Shown here in pieces: positions 26,032 to 35,609 of a DNA stretch of 64,000 nucleotides. Within the stretch, counting starts at the first letter, position 1; each line of letters begins with the position of its first letter. This DNA is from an uncultured bacterium (GTDB lineage: Bacteria; Zixibacteria; MSB-5A5; SM1-73): assembly GCA_965369445.1 (NCBI GenBank), contig CBDUQU010000001.1, positions 1,614 to 65,613 on the forward strand. Reading direction: 5' to 3'. The position numbers and the translations under genes are program-made. Under the pieces are notes generated by a model. That model was not told the DNA's origin, did no database searches, and was given only the letters and a program-made list of their open reading frames with translations.

Positions 26032-28421
26032 ACGAAGCCGAAACCCGCGCTGAACTCATTGATCCCGCCCTGAAGGCTGCCGGTTGGGGCGTGGTGGAAG
26101 GCAGCCGCGTATGCCGTGAAGTCATCACCCTCGGCCGCCTGCAAGGCGCAGGGAAGCGTGCTCAGCAGGACATTGCCGACTACGTGCTGGTCTACCGGAA
26201 CCAGAAGCTGGCCGTCATCGAGGCCAAGCGCCGTGATTTGCCCGACACCGAAGGCGTGGCCCAGGCCAAAAAGTACGCCGAAAAACTCCAAGCGCGTTTC
26301 GCTTACTCCACCAATGGCGACGGGATCTACCAGATCGACATGAAAACCGGAGCCGAGAGGTATATCCCGCACTACCCATCCCCCGCCCAACTCTGGGCCG
26401 ACACCTTTGCCGAGGAGAACGTGTGGCGCAACCGTTTTGCCGAGGTTCCCTTCGAGGATAAGGGCGGCGCCTGGGAAGCCCGCTACTACCAGCACAATGC
26501 CATCAACCGCACATTGGAAGCCATCGCGGCAGGTAAACCGCGCATCCTGCTCACCATGGCCACCGGCACCGGTAAGACCTTCATCGCCTTCCAACTCGCC
26601 TGGAAACTTTTCCACAGCCGCTGGACGCTCGCCCGCGACGCCAAACGTCGACCCCGTGTCCTGTTCCTTGCCGACCGCAACATCCTTGCCGACCAGGCCT
26701 ACAACGCCTTCTCCGCCTTTCCCGAAGATGCGCTGGTGCGCATTGCGCCGGACGAGATCCGCAAGAAGGGCCGCGTACCGAAGAACGCCAGTATCTTCTT
26801 CACCATCTTTCAGACCTTCATGACCGGCGCCGATGAAGAAGGCAACCCCAGCCCCAACTTCGGCGACTATCCCCCGGACTTCTTTGACTTCATCGTCATT
26901 GACGAATGTCACCGCGGCGGCGCCAACGACGAGAGCAACTGGCGCGGCATCATGGAGTACTTCTCTCCGGCCCTGCAACTCGGCCTTACCGCCACTCCCA
27001 AGCGCAAGACCAACGCCGACACCTATGCCTACTTCGGCAAACCTGTCTACATCTATTCCCTGAGAGACGGCACCAACGACGGCTACCTCACGCCTTTCAA
27101 AGTCAAACAGATCGCCACCACTATCGACGAATACGTCTACACATCTGACGACCATGTCATCGAGGGCGAGGTAGAGGTAGGCCGGCGCTATACCGAGGAC
27201 GACTTCAACCGGGTGATTGAGATACAGGCCCGCGAAAAGTACCGCGTGAAGGTCTTCATGGACGCCATCGACCAGAGCCAGAAGACCCTCGTCTTCTGTG
27301 CCACCCAGGACCACGCCCTGGCGGTACGCAACCTGGTGAACCAAATCAAGGCCAGCGCCGAACCAAACTACTGCGTGCGGGTGACCGCCAACGACGGCGC
27401 CTTAGGTGACCAGCACCTGCGCACCTTCCAGGACAACGAGAAAACCATCCCCACCATACTGACCACTTCCCAGAAACTATCCACCGGTGTGGATGCCCGG
27501 AACATCCGCAACATAGTCCTGATGCGTCCCATCAATTCCATGATTGAGTTCAAGCAGATCATCGGGCGCGGCACCCGGCTCTTCGACGGCAAGGACTACT
27601 TCACCATCTACGACTTCGTAGAGGCATACAAACACTTCAACGACCCCGAATGGGATGGCGAACCGGTAGAGCCGGAACCGTGTGAGCGCTGCGGCAACAG
27701 TCCGTGCACCTGTGAAGTAGAACCACCCGAACCTTGTCCTGTATGTGGCGAGATTCCCTGTGAATGTGAGAAAGAACCGCCTGAGCCTTGCCCTGTCTGT
27801 GGTCAACGCCCTTGTATCTGCAAGAAGCGGACCAGAGTTAAGGTCAAACTGGCAGACGGCAAAGAACGCAGCATCCAACACATGATGGCAACAACCTTCT
27901 GGAGTCCGGACGGCAAGCCCATGTCCGCCGCCGAGTTCATCGAACGCCTGTTTGGCGACCTGCCCGAGCTTTTCAAAGACGAAAACGAACTCCGAAAGCT
28001 GTGGAGCCGCCCCGATACCCGCAAGGCGCTCCTTCAGGGTCTTGCAGAAAGAGGCTACGGCGATGAGCAACTCGCCGAGGTTCGCTCCATGATCGATGCC
28101 GACAAGAGCGATCTCTACGACGTACTGGCTTACGTCGCCTTTGCCCGCGCCCCCATCACCCGCGAGGAGCGGGTGAACACTCACAGAAATCTTATCTTCT
28201 CCCACTATGCGGACAAGCAGCAGGAGTTCCTCGACTTCGTCCTGGGTCACTACATCCAACAAGGAATTGGCGAACTCGATCAGGACAAATTACCCCATCT
28301 TCTTGAACTCAAATACCACGCCATCAGCGACGCCGTCGCGGCCCTGGGGAACGTGACAGACATCCGCGAGGTTTTTATAGGTTTTCAAAAGCACTTGTAC
28401 GTGCAGCAGCCAGCGGCTTGA
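26028..28421 (+). CDS. hsdR: Type I restriction enzyme R subunit (EcoEI-like, with HsdR C-terminal domain)
   Basis: Canonical N-terminus MNEAETRAELIDPALKAAGW; Walker A MATGTGKT; DEAH-type DECHR; helicase motif VI QIIGRGTR; C-terminal EcoEI_R_C-like region. Confidence 0.9.
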   Translation: MNEAETRAELIDPALKAAGWGVVEGSRVCREVITLGRLQGAGKRAQQDIADYVLVYRNQKLAVIEAKRRDLPDTEGVAQAKKYAEKLQARFAYSTNGDGIYQIDMKTGAERYIPHYPSPAQLWADTFAEENVWRNRFAEVPFEDKGGAWEARYYQHNAINRTLEAIAAGKPRILLTMATGTGKTFIAFQLAWKLFHSRWTLARDAKRRPRVLFLADRNILADQAYNAFSAFPEDALVRIAPDEIRKKGRVPKNASIFFTIFQTFMTGADEEGNPSPNFGDYPPDFFDFIVIDECHRGGANDESNWRGIMEYFSPALQLGLTATPKRKTNADTYAYFGKPVYIYSLRDGTNDGYLTPFKVKQIATTIDEYVYTSDDHVIEGEVEVGRRYTEDDFNRVIEIQAREKYRVKVFMDAIDQSQKTLVFCATQDHALAVRNLVNQIKASAEPNYCVRVTANDGALGDQHLRTFQDNEKTIPTILTTSQKLSTGVDARNIRNIVLMRPINSMIEFKQIIGRGTRLFDGKDYFTIYDFVEAYKHFNDPEWDGEPVEPEPCERCGNSPCTCEVEPPEPCPVCGEIPCECEKEPPEPCPVCGQRPCICKKRTRVKVKLADGKERSIQHMMATTFWSPDGKPMSAAEFIERLFGDLPELFKDENELRKLWSRPDTRKALLQGLAERGYGDEQLAEVRSMIDADKSDLYDVLAYVAFARAPITREERVNTHRNLIFSHYADKQQEFLDFVLGHYIQQGIGELDQDKLPHLLELKYHAISDAVAALGNVTDIREVFIGFQKHLYVQQPAA

Positions 28422-28655
28422 CCGGATGCAACCCCTCTTCTAACTGCTTTATCCGTTCTATCCCTTTAATCCGTTGACAGCTTCGGATGCCCCACCGCTT
28501 GCCACGCCCCTTTAATACCTACCGCCTATCCTCTCTTTCCACAAAGAGCAAATATACCCTAACTTCAATGGTGAAGAAGATAGCTCCACAGTGTATGGGA
28601 GAACCAATGTCTTTTGCATGCACAGAACCCCGCCTTAACGGAGAAGAAGAATCTC

Positions 28656-28880
28656 ATGAACCATATATTTGATACCGAGGATGAAGAACAGAGCTCCACG
28701 CAGTTGAAGTTCCTAAAAACCTTGATCGACAAGCTCATTAAAGGACGAAAACACCCAACGGGTGCTCCGCCATCCTCTCGGACGACCAACTACTTTTATG
28801 GTAAGCTTACGAACTACACTCAGAATACAGATTTAAACGTACATAATTCTTTGCCTGATAACTGCTTGGAGGCAAAGTGA
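28656..28880 (+). CDS. hypothetical small protein (74 aa) in the AT-rich spacer downstream of hsdR
   Basis: ATG at 28656 with GGAGAAGAAG upstream; no recognisable domain. The coding call rests only on the RBS and an open frame. Confidence 0.2.
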   Translation: MNHIFDTEDEEQSSTQLKFLKTLIDKLIKGRKHPTGAPPSSRTTNYFYGKLTNYTQNTDLNVHNSLPDNCLEAK

Positions 28881-29069
28881 GAAAAAAATTAAAAATACCA
28901 CCAGATGCACCAGAAGCGCCAGTTCCACCAGTCAAACATCTCCGCTTGCGGTGAATCCTTCAGATGAATCCGTTGCAGAAAGGATTTAGGTGTTCCTCCC
29001 TAGTATTTCACTTGACCCCCTGAATCCTCGACCCCTAGAACCCTTCCTGTCACGCTAACAGATCTCGGC

Positions 29070-30467
29070 CTATTTCTCTATCCTGATATTGTATTTTCGC
29101 ATCAAAGCCTGGAAGTTGGGCCTCAGCATACCCACTTCTTTGGCTGACTTAGTGATGTTCCAGTCGTTTCTCGTCAGCGCGTCTAAGATGAACGACTTCT
29201 CGACATTGCCGACGGCAGATTCTCTCAGTCGTCTCTTAGCTTCCTTCAGCTCTTCTGAAGTCTTTGGGATGAAGGTGTCCGGATGAGCCACCTCCGATCT
29301 GACCACAAAAGGGAGATGTTCTGTAGTAATGGTGTCCCCTTCGGCCATGACGATAGCCCGCTCTATCACATTCTCCAACTGCCTTACATTCCCGGGCCAG
29401 GTGTGGTCAATTAGCATGTTCATCGCCTCGACCGAGATGCTCTTTATCTTTTTCTTCATCTCCTGCCCGTATTTCTTGAGAAAATGATAAGCTAAGAGGG
29501 GAATATCGTCTTTTCTCTCCTTCAGCAGCGGTACCCTTATGCTAACTACATTCAGACGGTAGAATAGGTCCTCCCGGAATTTCTCATCCTCGACCAGTTT
29601 TTCTAAGTCTTTATTGGTGGCTACGATAAATCTCAAGTCCACCTTTTTGGACTTGACCTCCCCCACCGGGGTGAACTCCCTTTCCTGAATCACCCTCAGT
29701 AGCTTAGACTGGAAATTCTGGCTCGTGTCCCCGATCTCGTCTAAGAAGATCGAACCGCCGTTGGCTACCTCGAACAGCCCTGGTTTGGTTACTATTGCCC
29801 CGGTGAAGGATCCTTTAACGTGGCCGAAAAGTTCGGATTCTAAGAGTTCCTGAGCTAAGACTCCGCAGTCGACCGTTACAAAGGGTTTTTGTTTTCTGGG
29901 GCTGTTGAAATGGAGGGCGCGGGCGATCAACTCCTTGCCTGTGCCGCTTTCTCCCCGGATCAGAACCGTGCTGTCTGTTGGAGCGACCTTGCGAATCAGC
30001 TTATAGACCTCCTGCATCTTGGGGCTGCTGCCAATGATGTTGTCGAAACCATATTTGGCCTCCAGCTCCTTGCGCAGGTAGATATTCTCAATTATCAGGC
30101 TTTTTTTTTCCAGAGCCTTTTCAACCACAATCAAGACTTCGTCCGGGGTAAAGGGCTTGGGAATGTAATCAAACGCCCCTAATTTCATCGCCTGGACGGC
30201 GGACTGGACGGTGGAGTAACCGGTAATCATAATCACCGCGATATCGGGGTACTTTTCCTTGACTTTTTCCAAAACCTGAATCCCGCCGATTCCCGGCATC
30301 TTCATGTCGGTGATTACGATGTCGATTGGCTCTTTTTCCAGGAGGTCAAAAGCTCCCTGACCGGAAAGGACGGTAAGAACATCGTGGCCGCCGCCTTCCA
30401 GTATCTTCCGGCAGCTCCTTAACACGATCTCCTCATCGTCCACCACCAGTATTCTGGCTTTAATCAT
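29070..30467 (-). CDS. sigma-54-dependent response regulator (NtrC/Fis family: REC, AAA+, HTH)
   Basis: REC domain (ILVVDDEE...DMKMPGIGG); Walker A GESGTGKE; the GAFTGA-type sigma-54 contact loop (KGSFTGA); C-terminal Fis HTH. Confidence 0.9.
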   Translation of the reverse strand: MIKARILVVDDEEIVLRSCRKILEGGGHDVLTVLSGQGAFDLLEKEPIDIVITDMKMPGIGGIQVLEKVKEKYPDIAVIMITGYSTVQSAVQAMKLGAFDYIPKPFTPDEVLIVVEKALEKKSLIIENIYLRKELEAKYGFDNIIGSSPKMQEVYKLIRKVAPTDSTVLIRGESGTGKELIARALHFNSPRKQKPFVTVDCGVLAQELLESELFGHVKGSFTGAIVTKPGLFEVANGGSIFLDEIGDTSQNFQSKLLRVIQEREFTPVGEVKSKKVDLRFIVATNKDLEKLVEDEKFREDLFYRLNVVSIRVPLLKERKDDIPLLAYHFLKKYGQEMKKKIKSISVEAMNMLIDHTWPGNVRQLENVIERAIVMAEGDTITTEHLPFVVRSEVAHPDTFIPKTSEELKEAKRRLRESAVGNVEKSFILDALTRNDWNITKSAKEVGMLRPNFQALMRKYNIRIEK

Positions 30468-32057
30468 CTATATGTTCCCCTTCTTTCCAATTTCAGCGAC
30501 TTTCTCTTTTATGGGCAACTTCACTGTGAAGGTGGAGCCCTTTCCCACCCTGCTTTTCACCTCCAATTTTCCCCGGTGCCTTTCCACTATGCCGTAGCTC
30601 ACCGAAAGCCCCAGTCCGGTCCCGCTACCTTGCTCCTTGGTGGTATAAAAAGGGTCCAGTATCTTGGGCAAATTCTCTTTCGGGATTCCAACGCCGGTAT
30701 CGGTGAATCGGACAGCCACCATCTTATCTTCCCTGGCTGAAGACACGGTCAAATTTCCCCCCTCGGGCATGGCCTCGATAGCATTGAGTAGGATATTGAT
30801 GAATACCTGTTGAATCTGTCCCACATCCACTGATATCTTGGGCAAACCCGGAGCGATCTTCTTCTCAATCTTGACGTTCTGCAGGCTCGCCTGGTGAGCA
30901 ATCAGATTTGTCGATTTCTCCACCACCTCGTTTATGTCGGTCAACGTCTTTTGGGGGGCAGTTTGTCGGGCAAAGTCTAAGAGGCCCTTGACGATGTTCT
31001 TGCACCTGTTGGTTTCGTTTACGATAACCTCCAAATCCTCCCTGTCTGGGTCTCCATCTGGTTTGGCCTGGAGTAATAGTGAGGAGTAGGTCAGAATTCC
31101 GGTTAAGGGGCTATTGATCTCGTGAGCAACCCCGGCAGCCAATTTACCCAGGGAGGCAACCTTGTCCGACTTAATCAGTTGATCCTCGGTCTTTCTCAGC
31201 TCTTCCGTCCTCTCTGCCACCCTCTGCTCCAGGGTCTTCCCCCAGTCGACGAGTTTTTCATCTGCCTTTTTTAAATCTGAGGTCATCTGATTGAACGAAG
31301 AAGCCAGCTGTGCTATCTCGTCTTCGCCTTTAATCGGCGTGGAACAATTCAAGTCGCCTTCAGCGACTCTTCTGGTTCCTTTGACCAATTCTCTCACCGG
31401 ACGGGTAACATACCGGTTGATGGAGATGCTGATGGTCACCGCGATGATCAGGCAGGCAATCACGGCAAAGAAGATCATCTTATTCTGGGCGCCCTTGATA
31501 TCCCTGTCCACATCCGCCAAGGACATCCCGATGTCCAGTACCCCCAAGACCTTTTGGTCCGGAGGATGGGCATGGCAGTCCGGGGTATAGCAATCAGGTT
31601 CGTTATATATGGGAGAGATGACCCCCAATACTCTATGGCCTGCCTTGCCTTGGAAAATCCGGGAGCGGTCAGGCGTTGTGAGTCTTTCTAAGGGTTTTTC
31701 TGCGGAATGACAAGCATAGCAGGCTTCCGCTTTCTTGTCCACCATTTCTCCGATCTCGCTCTTATCAGTCGAGAACATTATCTTGCCATCTTTATTGAAA
31801 ACCCTGATCTTTTCCAGTCCCTCCTGCTCCCCGATGGTCTCGATGATCTCATGCACATCGTCACTCTGGTATCTCAGCATATCATATCGGGTGCTTCTTC
31901 TCACCGTCTCGCTTATCCTCAAAGCGCCCCGCATTACCTCACCGGTTAAGTGTTTCTTCTGAGAGGCGATGTTGAGGTAGGCATAGATTGCCATGGACGT
32001 TATCAGTATGAATCCAACCACTGAAATCAGCTTTGCTCCAATGCTCTTCCGCCACAT
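30468..32057 (-). CDS. sensor histidine kinase with a periplasmic domain carrying c-type heme-binding motifs
   Basis: Two TM helices (aa 10-30 and about 197-217) flank a roughly 165-aa periplasmic domain containing CYACH (CxxCH) and CYTPDCH (Cx4CH). HAMP, HisKA (HEINSPL) and HATPase_c (GTGLGLS) follow. 1-bp junction with the regulator gene. Confidence 0.85.
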   Translation of the reverse strand: MWRKSIGAKLISVVGFILITSMAIYAYLNIASQKKHLTGEVMRGALRISETVRRSTRYDMLRYQSDDVHEIIETIGEQEGLEKIRVFNKDGKIMFSTDKSEIGEMVDKKAEACYACHSAEKPLERLTTPDRSRIFQGKAGHRVLGVISPIYNEPDCYTPDCHAHPPDQKVLGVLDIGMSLADVDRDIKGAQNKMIFFAVIACLIIAVTISISINRYVTRPVRELVKGTRRVAEGDLNCSTPIKGEDEIAQLASSFNQMTSDLKKADEKLVDWGKTLEQRVAERTEELRKTEDQLIKSDKVASLGKLAAGVAHEINSPLTGILTYSSLLLQAKPDGDPDREDLEVIVNETNRCKNIVKGLLDFARQTAPQKTLTDINEVVEKSTNLIAHQASLQNVKIEKKIAPGLPKISVDVGQIQQVFINILLNAIEAMPEGGNLTVSSAREDKMVAVRFTDTGVGIPKENLPKILDPFYTTKEQGSGTGLGLSVSYGIVERHRGKLEVKSRVGKGSTFTVKLPIKEKVAEIGKKGNI

Positions 32058-32231
32058 AGGCGCTCCCTCAATTAGTGAATTATTTCACAAGCTTCCACCA
32101 GTTATACGGAAATTTGAAACCCAAAAGCTAACTCCAAAAGGCAACTGCTTTGTTAGGGGGTTCGCGCCACGGATGAACCGGGACGTGAAGACACCATTCG
32201 CATTTCATAATGCCTAACCCTGCTCTTGTTT

Positions 32232-33488
32232 CTAAGCCCCCTTGTTCATCATCCCGAGGAATGAGGAGCGAAGCACGTCACTCATAAGGGCCTTCTTCAC
32301 CGGCGCCAACCTCAGAAATCCGCCGATGAAACCACGCATGAACGAGTGGGTAATGCTCTGGGGGTTGTCAAACATTAGGTTTTGCAGCGTGCCTCTCTCC
32401 AGGCATTGGAGAATCACCCGTTCAAAGGTGTCCTCCGGATGGAACACTCTTTGCTTGCGCTTCACCAGTTTCAGCGCGCCGGTCGGACATTTCAGGGCAC
32501 ACACGCCGCAACCAATACACAGAGATGTGTCTATCCCTGGATTTCCTTCGGGAAGCATCCGGATGGCATCGATGGGGCAGGATTCCGCACACATCCCACA
32601 ATCTGTACATTTCTCCTCGTCACGTTCAGGGATGAAAGAGGAAGTGACGACCATACTTGTATAGCCGAACTTGCTTATACCTAACAGGACGTTGCAGCAA
32701 CACTCACAGCAGTGACAGATAAAAGAGATTCCTTGTTTCACATTATCAGCGCAGAACACCAGCCCCATCTCTTTAGAGCGGGCCAGGTTTTCCAGCATCT
32801 CCGCTTTGGAAACCTCTTTCCCCAGGTTGTGCCGGATCAGGTAATCAGCCGCGGCATCGAAAGAGGAGCAGGTCTCCAGCGGCACGTCGCACTTCTTCTC
32901 CCCCACGTGCATTTTCTCGTGACGACAGGAACAGATGCCGATGGAGAATTTCTTGGCCCCTTCGATGATCGCCGTCGCCTTTTCGTAATCTAAGACTTCA
33001 ACATATCCTGAAGTATCTATCGCATCCTCGTGTGGCAGCGTCCGCAAGGGAGAGATTTTTTCACCATGTTTGAAGTTTGCCGCATAAAACGTCGACTCAT
33101 CTTGTAGATAAGTGTGAAAAAGTCTGGCCCATTCTTTGGTGTTCAGGTTTTCACCTGTTCTCATCATGGTGAATTCAAATATTCCAACGACCAGCGGGGA
33201 AGGCATGTAGTGATATTCACCATGCATCCAGAGGTCCATCACCAGGCCCTTGGCACACAGGCCGTCCAGTAGCTTCTGCAGCTTGGAGCGGTCGTACTTG
33301 GTGATTTTCTCAATTCGATTTAGATTGGCCAGGCCGTAAGGCATCTTCACGATAACATCGGCTTCGTCTGTGGAATAGAGTTCCTTCAGAATGGAATGAA
33401 ACGTTTCATTCCACGGCGTCCTCATCGTCAAGTTATCGATCTTCTTACCGAGCTTTCGGTAGATGTCCTTCCCAACCATGTGTCCCAT
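32232..33488 (-). CDS. 4Fe-4S cluster-binding protein with a large uncharacterised N-terminal domain
   Basis: Cys-rich CSCRHEKMH, ICHCCECCCN and two ferredoxin CxxCxxCxxxCP motifs (CTDCGMCAESCP; CIGCGVCALKCP). First gene of the operon with the kinase and regulator. Confidence 0.65.
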   Translation of the reverse strand: MGHMVGKDIYRKLGKKIDNLTMRTPWNETFHSILKELYSTDEADVIVKMPYGLANLNRIEKITKYDRSKLQKLLDGLCAKGLVMDLWMHGEYHYMPSPLVVGIFEFTMMRTGENLNTKEWARLFHTYLQDESTFYAANFKHGEKISPLRTLPHEDAIDTSGYVEVLDYEKATAIIEGAKKFSIGICSCRHEKMHVGEKKCDVPLETCSSFDAAADYLIRHNLGKEVSKAEMLENLARSKEMGLVFCADNVKQGISFICHCCECCCNVLLGISKFGYTSMVVTSSFIPERDEEKCTDCGMCAESCPIDAIRMLPEGNPGIDTSLCIGCGVCALKCPTGALKLVKRKQRVFHPEDTFERVILQCLERGTLQNLMFDNPQSITHSFMRGFIGGFLRLAPVKKALMSDVLRSSFLGMMNKGA

Positions 33489-33673
33489 AATCAGGCCTTT
33501 CTTTTTTCGTTGGCCGCACCCCTACATCTTAAAAACATATTAAATACAATCATAGCAAAACACAAGGAGTTTAATTTAAGGTTTCAATTGGGTGACACAT
33601 GATTGGCCAAACTTTCTATCTCACATACAGTAAGCCCTTTGGCATACTTGCCAAAGGGCTTACTCGTTCAAAT

Positions 33674-33751
<78 letters not shown>

Positions 33752-33851
33752 ACGCTCTTGCCGCTCACGGTCCGCAGTCCACTGTCCGCGGCTCCATCTG
33801 TCGTCTTTCTGCCGTGAACTATCAACCGTGTACCGTGTACCAGCAAACGCT

Positions 33852-33925
33852 CGCGCCTAGAGGGACTCGAACCCCCAACCCTCTGATCCGAAGTCAGATG
33901 CTCTATCCAATTGAGCTATAGGCGC
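33852..33925 (-). tRNA. tRNA-Arg (anticodon TCG)
   Basis: The reverse complement GCGCCTATAGCTCAATTGGATAGAGCATCTGACTTCGGATCAGAGGGTTGGGGGTTCGAGTCCCTCTAGGCGCG has a 7-bp acceptor stem, a D-arm, anticodon loop CTTCGGA and a T-arm GGGGG/TTCGAGT/CCCTC. Confidence 0.7.
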
Positions 33926-34451
33926 ATAAGCTCCAATTTCGCAAAAGAATATACGAGCTTCGATCTATCGAGTCAACAGAAAACTTCCCTCCTAATACCA
34001 GTCACCCAAAAGATGTCAGCGTTTAATCTCAGGGTAACGATTCCCTATACGAGAGGGCTGACCCAGTGTTTGCCTGCTGTCGAGCTGGGGAGGGCTCGGA
34101 GTGTCTTAGTGGGGCACTGTCCCTAGCGGCACTCGCGGGGATCGCTTCCCGCACCCGCCCGGCCCGCTGAAAATCAACTCTTTCGCTCTTTTTTGGGAGA
34201 AACATACCGAATAACTGGCGTCCGGCGCGTACTGCGCCGATAACGAAATAGACGCTGCAGGGAGTGTCAACTAGAACCATTGCAGGCTCACGATGGTATA
34301 AGCAATATTGACGCCGCGTGTTGAGCGGTGATCACACTGACTCTTCTGTTGGCGGTGAGGTTATCCTGTCACCGTCCTGATCACGCGAAGAGAACTAAAA
34401 CCTTCACCTCTCAACGGACCTCCAGAGGATCTGTTCACCAGAAGGATCGGC

Positions 34452-34688
34452 ATGAACACGATTAAGAAGATACTTTTGATTATGGTGGTCAACACTCTGG
34501 TGATGCTCATATCCTGGGCAGGCTTGAGCGTGATCCTGCTGGGCGTTAGATTCCTTTCAGGGCCCCAGGCCGCCCTGGTGAAGATACTCTCTCTTCACTC
34601 GTTCGTCGTGGTGATGCTGTTCTATGCGTTTTATCTGATATTTGACATTTGTGAGTTCATTTCCACTGAAACTCAAGGCGAAAAGTGA
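34452..34688 (+). CDS. small two-TM membrane protein, hypothetical
   Basis: 78 aa with two hydrophobic helices; AAGGAT upstream; GTGA overlap with the next small gene. Confidence 0.35.
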   Translation: MNTIKKILLIMVVNTLVMLISWAGLSVILLGVRFLSGPQAALVKILSLHSFVVVMLFYAFYLIFDICEFISTETQGEK

Positions 34689-35008
34689 GAGACCAGATAT
34701 TAGAAAAGCTCGTCCAGGGACGTGCGGGCTTGGGCCAAATCACCCGCTTGATCTTCATTCGGGCAATCAGAGTCTTGGCCTTCAGCCTGATCTCTACCTT
34801 GATCGTCTGGCTTTTCTGGCTCGAGAACTACGCCTGGGGGGCTTTCCTTTTGGGAGCGGCTTTAGGGTTGTTGGCCTTTTTGGCTCTGAATTCCCTGAGG
34901 AAGCGGTTAAACCTTCGAAACCCGGATCAAAGTTCGGGTGTTTCAGATAGAGAAGGAGATCTGACCGACCCGGAGCACGTCAAACCTGAGGCTCCAGTCG
35001 AGAAATAA
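34685..35008 (+). CDS. small membrane protein, hypothetical
   Basis: 107 aa with a GTG start overlapping the previous stop; two TM helices, then an acidic tail. Confidence 0.35.
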   Translation: MRDQILEKLVQGRAGLGQITRLIFIRAIRVLAFSLISTLIVWLFWLENYAWGAFLLGAALGLLAFLALNSLRKRLNLRNPDQSSGVSDREGDLTDPEHVKPEAPVEK

Positions 35009-35609
35009 AGCTTGTCCCATCTTCACCATCACACGTTTCACCCTTCTCTCCTTAGACTAACAACAGCCAACTAAACGGCCTGCTTTTTTGGACCCGAATA
35101 AATAAGTGTCGTTTTGGGTTGTGACAAGATGCGGGTCAACAGGGCAACGCTGGTTCATTTCTTAATATTTCAGGCAGCCGAGGCTGCCCTGTCGCCAACT
35201 CGCCCCTCCTGAGGTTCAACAACTTTGCCACGCATCCCGCATCATGCCTTTTTTCGCCTCCAAGTTTGCCTTTGGATTGGCTTTTGAGGTAGAGTTTCCT
35301 GCAACCCCTGTGCCAATTTCTCGCCGGTTCCCGCGGAACGACATTAACCCATCAAGGTTTAACCGATTAAGGTTGAGCGGCGCTTTGGATAGTCATGGTG
35401 TGGTTTTACAAAAGACTTTCTTTGTGGGAATCATTCAACACTCTGCGGAACGCCCCCCACAAAAGGGCACTTTTCTTGCTTTGGCCTGATGGCTCAAATG
35501 GCAGACAATGAAAGCATAAATCCTTGCAGAGCGAATATGAGCCTCAGATATGTGGGAATGTCGATTCGGTTCTTGTCATTACACAGATTGAAGCCAGCCG
35601 GCTTGAACT

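Noticed and set aside
33489-33600. Sigma-54 -24/-12 promoter upstream of the Fe-S/kinase/regulator operon
   Set aside because: I looked for TGGCAC-N5-TTGC on the minus strand here, and also at 32058-32231 and 38842-39000. The only GG...GC pairs have 9 or 11 nt spacing instead of 10, so no promoter is claimed.
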